Virus record (IMG/VR): IMGVR_UViG_3300042433_000193
Source: an uncultured virus (IMG/VR IMGVR_UViG_3300042433_000193)
Lineage: Duplodnaviria; Heunggongvirae; Uroviricota; Caudoviricetes
DNA: 23,592 nucleotides
Strand: one strand, 5' to 3'
The position numbers and the translations under genes are program-made. Below the pieces are notes generated by a model. It had not been told where the DNA came from, searched no databases, and saw only the letters and a list, made by a program, of their open reading frames with translations. Positions 17,101 to 23,467 of the stretch are shown piece after piece (positions within the stretch are counted from its first letter, which is position 1; each line of letters opens with the position of its first letter).

Positions 17101-17915
17101 TTAGAGAAGGAAAAGGAATAGGATCAGCTTTTAGTAGTCTTGGATTAAATATTATGACAAAATTTGTTGAGGGTATTACCAAGCCTGCTATTGATGCTCT
17201 AACTTCTGCTATCGATGGATTTACAAAGCCAATTACTCAAGCTTTTGAATCGCTATTTAATGCAATCATCGGGCCAGTAGGCAATTTCTTCACTAACGCT
17301 CTAAACAGTATCTTTAAACCAGCAGGTAACATCTTTTCTTCTATTTTTGGTGGCGGTGGCGGAGGTGGCTTATTTAATGGACTACTTAGCGGAATAACAG
17401 GGATTTTTAGTGGAGGACTTGGGGGACTTGGTTCGATTGGATCACTTGGTAGTGTAGGAGCCTCTAGCTTTGCTTCTGCTCCGGCTTCTGCCTTTTCTCT
17501 AGGTACAGGATTCAGCCTATTTAGTGATGGTGGGAAAGTTGGAGATGCTAATGTTCCGATAGAGAAAAATATCATTTCAGCTTTTCAGCGTGAACGAGCA
17601 ATGTCGGGAGGCCGAAAACCTCGATTAATCGTAGCCAATGAAGATGAATTAATTCTCAACCCTAAAGAAACAGAAGCCTATCTAGACTACAGAAATAATG
17701 CTCCTATTAAGAACTATGCTAATGGAGGATTTGTCGGGGGTAAGCCTAATTACTCCACAACCTCAAATAACAATAGCTCTAATCAGTCTTTGGTAATTAA
17801 TAACACCAATAACGTGACTGTAGAATCACGGAATGATATGGGTTATAGTTTGAATCAATTGAAAGAACGGGAAAATACACAAAATGAACGAACTAAAAAA
17901 CGATTCTTTGGGTAA
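8139..17915 (+). CDS. Tape measure protein, 3258 aa, with embedded hydrolase, lysozyme and beta-lactamase-fold domains
   Basis: ATG8139 (TAATG overlap, GGGGAG RBS). Tape-measure motif [44 protein letters not shown], long coiled coils, Gly-rich C-terminus. Confidence 0.92.
   Translation: [3258 protein letters not shown]
9477..10050 (+). other. Alpha/beta hydrolase (lipase/cutinase-like) domain in the tape measure protein
   Basis: IVFVSGG; nucleophile elbow [10 protein letters not shown] (9768-9782); VAIATP; GENDPI (Asp 9918-9920); His 9999-10001. Confidence 0.75.
14700..15140 (+). other. Lambda R-like lysozyme/lytic transglycosylase domain in the tape measure protein
   Basis: [13 protein letters not shown] (Glu 14748-14750), YNTLFG, F.DHP, SASGRYQ, DFSP.SQD, EWASFPG..Y.GQ. 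Confidence 0.9.
15273..16033 (+). repeat. 20-bp perfect direct repeat TCCACCCCTAACCCTTCTCC at 15273-15292 and 16014-16033
   Basis: Two identical copies 741 bp (247 codons) apart, both encoding STPNPSP and bracketing the beta-lactamase-fold domain. Confidence 0.9.
15320..16010 (+). other. Class A beta-lactamase/PBP-like serine hydrolase domain in the tape measure protein
   Basis: PASTIK (SxxK, 15414-15425), SDNTATN (SDN, 15585-15593), STAQD, GKIG (KTG-like, 15852-15860). Confidence 0.85.
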
Positions 17916-18315
17916 TCAAATTGTTACCGAAGCTCTTGAATGGCTCGGTACTCCTTGGTTTCATGGTCAATCGCTTAAAGGGATTGGAACCGATTGTGTA
18001 GGATTTATCGCTGGCGTAGGGATTGAAGTCGGATTCTTGCCCCATGATTTCATTATTGAAAACTATGAACGGATTCCCCGGAATAACTTCTTAGTCAAAT
18101 TTCTTGATCGGTTACTAGATAGAGTTGAAGGTGATTTGTGTAAAGGAGATATTTTGATGTTTCGTAAGTCAGGAGTAAATGGTCATGTGGGGATTTATCT
18201 GGGAGATAGTGAGTACATTCACGCTGACTCAATAAATGGCGTGATGAAGACCTATATTCATGAATACCCGCCTGTACTAATTTATCGAGTACCTACTTTA
18301 GGAGTGGTAAAATAA
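17884..18315 (+). CDS. NlpC/P60 family cell-wall peptidase (phage tail-associated)
   Basis: A..WLGTPW.H...KG.GTDCVGFI (catalytic Cys), GDILMF, GHVGIYLG, YIHA. Confidence 0.9.
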   Translation: MNELKNDSLGNQIVTEALEWLGTPWFHGQSLKGIGTDCVGFIAGVGIEVGFLPHDFIIENYERIPRNNFLVKFLDRLLDRVEGDLCKGDILMFRKSGVNGHVGIYLGDSEYIHADSINGVMKTYIHEYPPVLIYRVPTLGVVK

Positions 18316-18350
18316 TAGAAAGCTACCTTTATCCCTTTGCCCCAAACAGA

Positions 18351-19031
18351 ATGACAACGATACTTAGAATAGTACAGCAATTTTTAGACTCTGGCAATAG
18401 TGATAAAGCTAGAGAAGAAATTGATAGAGCTTTCGGCAATCTGAAAAAGGTAGATAGTCATGTTAGAGAGTTTGCCGCTCTGTTGACACTGGGATCGATC
18501 GAAGCTTTAGAAATCGGATTAGGAGTATTGGGACGTAAGCTTCTACAGAATGACAGCGAGATTAATAATGAGGTTGTTTGGTTATTTATTGCGTCAATTT
18601 TATCTCGCAATAGTATTCCCGCTGATAGTCCATCTAGAATCAGCCTACTTGTTCTTACCGCTTCTGTCAATAGTTGGGAATTACCAATTTTTGCGCTTCT
18701 TGCCCCTGCCCTCGACGCTTTTTTTAAAGTTAGTCTTGCGGACGGAACCCCTTTAATTGCCGAACAAACTCTTGATTTTTTGACCACTTGGGGAAGAATT
18801 TATGCTAAAGCACCTCATGTCAAAACACAGCTTCAAGAACTTCAATCTCTTAGTAATAATCTATTAGAGCAAGTAGATGACTCAGAGTTAAAAGCTGAAT
18901 GGTCAGAGGGAATTAATATATTTTTTGAAGAAGCCAGTACAACCAAATATTCCGATAGTAATGTTTTTTCTGATAGTGGAGAATTGATTAAAAAAATTTA
19001 TTCGTTTTTGGATCGTGAAAAGTTAGAATAA
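18351..19031 (+). CDS. Hypothetical alpha-helical protein, 226 aa
   Basis: Long Leu/Ala-rich ORF with no recognised motif. Confidence 0.65.
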   Translation: MTTILRIVQQFLDSGNSDKAREEIDRAFGNLKKVDSHVREFAALLTLGSIEALEIGLGVLGRKLLQNDSEINNEVVWLFIASILSRNSIPADSPSRISLLVLTASVNSWELPIFALLAPALDAFFKVSLADGTPLIAEQTLDFLTTWGRIYAKAPHVKTQLQELQSLSNNLLEQVDDSELKAEWSEGINIFFEEASTTKYSDSNVFSDSGELIKKIYSFLDREKLE

Positions 19032-19057
19032 GTTTACACAATAGAGGAGGATTGATT

Positions 19058-19279
19058 ATGTCCTGGTTAGATAGATTAAAACAAGAGAAAACGGAGCTTG
19101 AAGAAAGGCTAACTGCTTTAAACAAGGCGTTGGAATCGCCACATGAAAGCATTTCATTAGAGCAACTAGCTCTTTTGGAACAGCAATCAGAGGCAATGCA
19201 AACGTATTTAGATATTTTGGTAAAGCGTTTATCGTTAATAGAAAGCGCCAATTCAAAAATGAAGTGCATCAATGTCTGA
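19058..19279 (+). CDS. Small coiled-coil phage protein resembling the crAss001_48-like family
   Basis: GAGGAGG RBS before ATG19058. RLKQEKTELEERL..L.....LL.QQ..AM..Y..IL..R pattern recalled for this family. Confidence 0.6.
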   Translation: MSWLDRLKQEKTELEERLTALNKALESPHESISLEQLALLEQQSEAMQTYLDILVKRLSLIESANSKMKCINV

Positions 19280-19435
19280 TAATAATTCATAGAATACCTC
19301 AAAAGAGGTTCGATAGTCAAGACATTTTCGAGGACGATGATTAATTAATTCTACAGCTTTTTAAATCGGCGTAGTCCCTGTCACAGTTAAAATCATTAAG
19401 TATGATGGAGAGTTTAACTTAACGAGGTGTCTATC

Positions 19436-19663
19436 ATGTCCACTGCCCGCCATATCCTAGCACTTCTAAAAAGTCATGTAGAAGGAGAAGATCAGCAATT
19501 TTATTCTGATCCCCTACAGATGGCTGCACACGAAGCAAGACAAGGACATGGTAAGTTAGCCCAAGAAATTTGCGAATTAATTGACCAAGCAAAGGCTAGT
19601 AGATCGGTTATTGAAAAAAATCTGATCCAATTCCCTTAGTACAACCAAAAGGATTTTGGTTGT
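19436..19663 (+). pseudogene. N-terminal remnant of an AAA ATPase of the type paired with S8 peptidases (IetA-like)
   Basis: MSTARHILALLKSHVEGEDQQFYS..LQMAAHEARQGHGKLAQEI.ELID. Frameshift in the A-run near 19614-19620 continues as KSDPIPLVQPKG, then similarity ends. No Walker motifs. Confidence 0.65.
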
Positions 19664-19741
19664 CAATAAGGTTATTTACAATCAAATTAGAAGAAGACAC
19701 TAGATATACTTAGCATATTTAAATTAAATACTGCTATCTGC

Positions 19742-22042
19742 TTAGATAATCGTTGCCAGTGATTCTTTAAAAGGCACTGGATAGCTTGAATTTTGAAAAA
19801 CTCGTACTGTGTAAGCCGATTGGACTGACCCCCAATCGGCTATTTGTTGTGCCTCTGTGTAAACGACGCTTCGGGCTGACAATACTGACCATTCTCGTTT
19901 TATTGTGTTTCCATCGTAAATTCTAACTACATAGCTGTCCAACTCTCCTGCTGCGTAAGCAATATCAATATAGTCGATCCAACGACCATCTAACCGCGTC
20001 CGTCGATACCAAGTAATAATTAAATCGTTGTTATCTTTTTCCCCTCTTACAGCGCAAGGGAAGGGCTTCAATCCTTCTAAGGTGATTGTGTGAGAGACTT
20101 CCTCCTCTATATCAGTTTCAAGTAATCCATTAGGAACTACTTTTAATAAATATTCTCGATTAATATCAGAAAGATTTAAGGGGTATCGAACTAAATAATT
20201 AGTTAGTAACACGAATTTTTCTCCTATTATATGCCTAGAGATAGCCGGTTCAGTTCCTTTGACTCCACGAATTGTATATGAAATATCAAAGGTTAGGGGA
20301 TTATTGGACACAATAGCAGCATTTTTAAAAGCTATAATTTCTCCAGTAGAAAACCAGCCTAATTGTTTGCCTGATAGAAATGTTTCAAGAGTAACTGGCT
20401 CTAATTGCCCTGAATTCATGCTTACTCGTATCCAATTTGAATCGTCAATAAAACTAGGAGAAGCGTTGTTAAAATTTGGGGAGAAGCTTAATACAGTACC
20501 AGTTACGCTGTTGGCAATGTTGCCAACAGCAAAATCATAGCTTAATCCGTTGTCATCAGAATAAAATAATGCTCCTCTGTTAAAACTAGAGTTACCTTCA
20601 ATCGCCACATAAATTCCCATGTCTGCATCTCGGCTACTAACTATTGGGCATTCAATAGGAATAGCGTTAGCGCGTCCGTAGGGACGAGGAATGTTATTGT
20701 CTGGTGGAAATTCGTTATAGGGACGAGGAATGTTATTGTCTGGTGGAAATTCGTTATCTACAGGAATATCTGGTAAATATCCTACTCCTTGAAATCGAGT
20801 AGCTTCAATTTCAATTAAATAATTTACTCCTCTTACTTTCTTTGTAATTTGCATCAATTCTTGATGATAATTGTTATTATTATCAGTAAAAATTATATCC
20901 CCAACCTTTAAATTTTCCCATGCTGGTAATAAAAACATTTTTGAAAAAGTTTTTGATTGCGTTTTCCCTAAAAAAAGAATTTTTGAGGCAATATTCATGA
21001 AAAACATATCTATATCTATTAGCTTAGTTTGAAAACTAAACTCGTTTGTGTGAGTATCTGATGGGTCTTTAGCTACTGCGGTAATAGTTTCATAATTTTT
21101 TAAAACATTTAGCCCAGATACCGTAACAGCACTAGGGGTTTCTCTAAAATGAGTCAGTTTTTTTTCATTAAGGTCAATAGGATTTTCTCCAAATTTTTTA
21201 GACCCAAAAGAGCTTTTAGGGATAAAAATAGGATCAGATGATTGTTCTTGTCTTTTAAAAATGATTTTATCTTTTGGCTCCCCTGTCACAATAAAAAAAG
21301 CTCTCATAAGTTCTTCTAACTGATCAGCAAAAGATGTCCCATCAAACAATAAATCAAATCCTTGAATTTGGTAATCATTAGGAATATCAGTTACGTCAAT
21401 TTGATCGTCTGTTCTACCAGCTAATTTACAAATAGTTTTCAAAATATTTTTTATTTTTGGATTGTTTCCACTTTCTCCAATCACTTCAATATCAATAGTA
21501 GGAAATCCAGTGCCGTCGTAATTAGCAATCGGATAATTATTAAAAAGTAAAAAAGACATTCCAGTAAAAGCAGGTACTGGGTTGGATTCTTTTGACTGAA
21601 TTACTGACGATGGTGTAGTTTGATTGCCAGTATAAATAGTTGTGTGTTCAATAAATTTTAGGCTTTTTTCGTCATTGGTTTCAGAGTTGTAAACAAGGAC
21701 GCTATTCATCCAAACTCGCCTAACAGAGCCAATTTTTCTAGCAATTGGATAAGCGGCTGTCAAAAAATAAGTGTAAACTTCGGTAGTTTGCCCACCACCA
21801 CCACCTTTTCCGCCTTGTCTTTCGGACGTGACGACTTCCTTAAGAGGAATCCCCCACATCATAGTTAGCCCTTCTTTTCTCACCCTTCCAAAAGGATAGG
21901 ATAGGCTTCTGCCGTATTCAGCATCGGGAACACCAGTATCCTCAATTTTTCCTTTTTGTTGGGTAGGGGGTTTAGGAGCAAATAGAGATAATAATAGGTT
22001 AGCTCCGATCCCTATTGCTACGGGAATGAGAAAAGTAGCCAC
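19742..22042 (-). CDS. Phage tail tip/host-specificity protein (GTA-like baseplate/central tail protein), 766 aa
   Basis: GTG start. AEYGRSL.YPFGRVR, GGKGGGG..T..Y.Y, I..VRRVW, IYTG.QT, PAFTG, RGVKGT, H..GEKFVLL, LIITWYRRTR motifs typical of this family. Confidence 0.8.
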   Translation of the reverse strand: MATFLIPVAIGIGANLLLSLFAPKPPTQQKGKIEDTGVPDAEYGRSLSYPFGRVRKEGLTMMWGIPLKEVVTSERQGGKGGGGGQTTEVYTYFLTAAYPIARKIGSVRRVWMNSVLVYNSETNDEKSLKFIEHTTIYTGNQTTPSSVIQSKESNPVPAFTGMSFLLFNNYPIANYDGTGFPTIDIEVIGESGNNPKIKNILKTICKLAGRTDDQIDVTDIPNDYQIQGFDLLFDGTSFADQLEELMRAFFIVTGEPKDKIIFKRQEQSSDPIFIPKSSFGSKKFGENPIDLNEKKLTHFRETPSAVTVSGLNVLKNYETITAVAKDPSDTHTNEFSFQTKLIDIDMFFMNIASKILFLGKTQSKTFSKMFLLPAWENLKVGDIIFTDNNNNYHQELMQITKKVRGVNYLIEIEATRFQGVGYLPDIPVDNEFPPDNNIPRPYNEFPPDNNIPRPYGRANAIPIECPIVSSRDADMGIYVAIEGNSSFNRGALFYSDDNGLSYDFAVGNIANSVTGTVLSFSPNFNNASPSFIDDSNWIRVSMNSGQLEPVTLETFLSGKQLGWFSTGEIIAFKNAAIVSNNPLTFDISYTIRGVKGTEPAISRHIIGEKFVLLTNYLVRYPLNLSDINREYLLKVVPNGLLETDIEEEVSHTITLEGLKPFPCAVRGEKDNNDLIITWYRRTRLDGRWIDYIDIAYAAGELDSYVVRIYDGNTIKREWSVLSARSVVYTEAQQIADWGSVQSAYTVRVFQNSSYPVPFKESLATII
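20679..20757. repeat. 39-bp tandem duplication (NEFPPDNNIPRPY x2)
   Basis: tagggacgaggaatgttattgtctggtggaaattcgtta occurs twice in tandem, in frame. Confidence 0.95.
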
Positions 22043-22200
22043 GGCTTTTTAAAAGATAGTATTTTCTCTATTCTAAGTGGATTGGGCTAGATTTGCACTA
22101 GCGTGGAATTACTCTACAGATTTACAGTCTGTCGCCTTCGACTACTCGGCCACCAATCCTTGTTTAAATTTATCTTACTATAATTCTTAATGCTTGTCAA

Positions 22201-22746
22201 TCATATTGGTTTTTGATTTTCTTGATTCTTTTGAGATTCTTGCAAATTAAGAAGTTGAAGCATTGCTTCTCCTGCGTCTTTACGCGCCATGTTACAAGTC
22301 CAGAGTCTTTGTTCATTGCGCTTGATAATGATAATTTCTGTATTAGAAACTAAACAAACTAAACCATTTTTCTGTTTTATTAGTTGATTAATAGCTTCTA
22401 ATTTTTGCTTTTGTTCTAATTCAGAAACGGGTTGAGGGTTTTCTCCATACTCTTGTGTGGAGAAAACAACAGCTAACATAAAACTTTTTGTTTCTTTAAA
22501 CTGAAAACGAATAATCTGCCAACTAAATTCACCATCAGGCTCTAATTCTCGATTCCAAATATTTAGAAACCTTTCTAAATAACCTTCTAATCCTTTTTGA
22601 GTTTGACGGTTTTTATTAATATCACTGAAAAGTCCTTGATGCTGTTGAGGATAGTTTTCAACAGGTTTTACTGACTCACTGTCTTGAATAGAGTAAGAAT
22701 GACAAGAATTAAATGGAAATATAAAGGGCATATTGTTTGCTATCAA
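22201..22746 (-). pseudogene. Probable C-terminal fragment of a cyanobacterial N6-DNA methylase/R-M protein
   Basis: C-terminal EIIIIKRNEQRLWT..MAR.DA...MLQ resembles the end of such enzymes as recalled. No methylase motifs in the ORF and a poor start context. Confidence 0.4.
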
Positions 22747-22793
22747 GATATTAGGAAAGTTTAATAATTTGTTGCAGATTAACTATATTAGAT

Positions 22794-23108
22794 TTATTCT
22801 CTGTAAAAATTAAGATTACACCAAAAGGAATCTTTCCAAAAATTTATCAATTTTATATTTTTTTCAGCTATTAATTTTCGCCAAAGACGAAAATTCTCAA
22901 AAAAATTATACCATCCAAAAGGAACATCTTCTCTAAGGGTAGTCCAAATAATAGGTAAATAGCTGTCGATAGGTTTATAAAGTTTGTTACAAACATAAAT
23001 ATAAAAACCAAAAGACAAAGTGTAAAACAACCCTTTGGTGATTAACATAAATCCCCACGCAGAAATTAAAAGCAAATTCAAGATTAAGGTTATCGGTTTT
23101 ATTTTCAT
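22794..23108 (-). CDS. Small membrane protein, 104 aa
   Basis: Hydrophobic N-terminal stretches (ITLILNLLLISAWGFMLI, LFYTLSFGFYIYV). Confidence 0.55.
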   Translation of the reverse strand: MKIKPITLILNLLLISAWGFMLITKGLFYTLSFGFYIYVCNKLYKPIDSYLPIIWTTLREDVPFGWYNFFENFRLWRKLIAEKNIKLINFWKDSFWCNLNFYRE

Positions 23109-23299
23109 TTTTGGACTTCAATAGATTTTAAAGTTATTACTACATTACTTTACCACAATTAAAGTTATTTGTCTATAACTTTGATAAAAAAATAAATTAG
23201 ATTTATCTTTTCTGCCGTCAGTGTTTTGATTTTCATTAAGATTTCTACTAATTTATCCTTAAGTTCTTTTTTAGTGGGTTCTGTGTTAGTTGGTTTATA

Positions 23300-23467
23300 C
23301 TTGCAATCTACTTAACAAGTCAAGCCGATTGTTACAAAATACCATGATTAAGCGATAAATAGCCTTTACCCTGTCTTGCAATCTACTTAACAAGTCAAGC
23401 CGATTGTTACCGGCACGGTATCGCTGCTAATTGGTTCGTTTGTACTGAACTTGCAATCTACTTAACA
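23300..23467 (-). CRISPR. CRISPR array: two full 36-bp repeats, one truncated repeat, two 39-bp spacers
   Basis: CTTGCAATCTACTTAACAAGTCAAGCCGATTGTTAC at 23300-23335 and 23375-23410, first 18 bp again at 23450-23467. Spacers 23336-23374 and 23411-23449. The reverse complement ends ATTGCAAG, like the ATTGAAA(C/G) 3' handle, so - strand orientation is inferred. Confidence 0.85.

Noticed and set aside
9029..17575. Numerous minus-strand and alternate-frame ORFs inside the TMP and other genes
   Set aside because: Shadow ORFs of long coding frames, with no motifs or RBS support.
23174..23236. Tiny minus-strand ORF MKIKTLTAEKINLIYFLSKL sharing an MKIK start with the 23108 gene
   Set aside because: Only 20 codons in very AT-rich DNA; no further support.
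23336..23374. Spacer 1 reverse complement (aaaggctatttatcgctt) resembles 4104-4121 region aaagggtatttatcttta (both could encode KGYLSL)
   Set aside because: Only about 14 of 18 nt match, the flanks do not, and a similar string occurs in the TMP. Likely chance in AT-rich DNA, so self-targeting is not supported.
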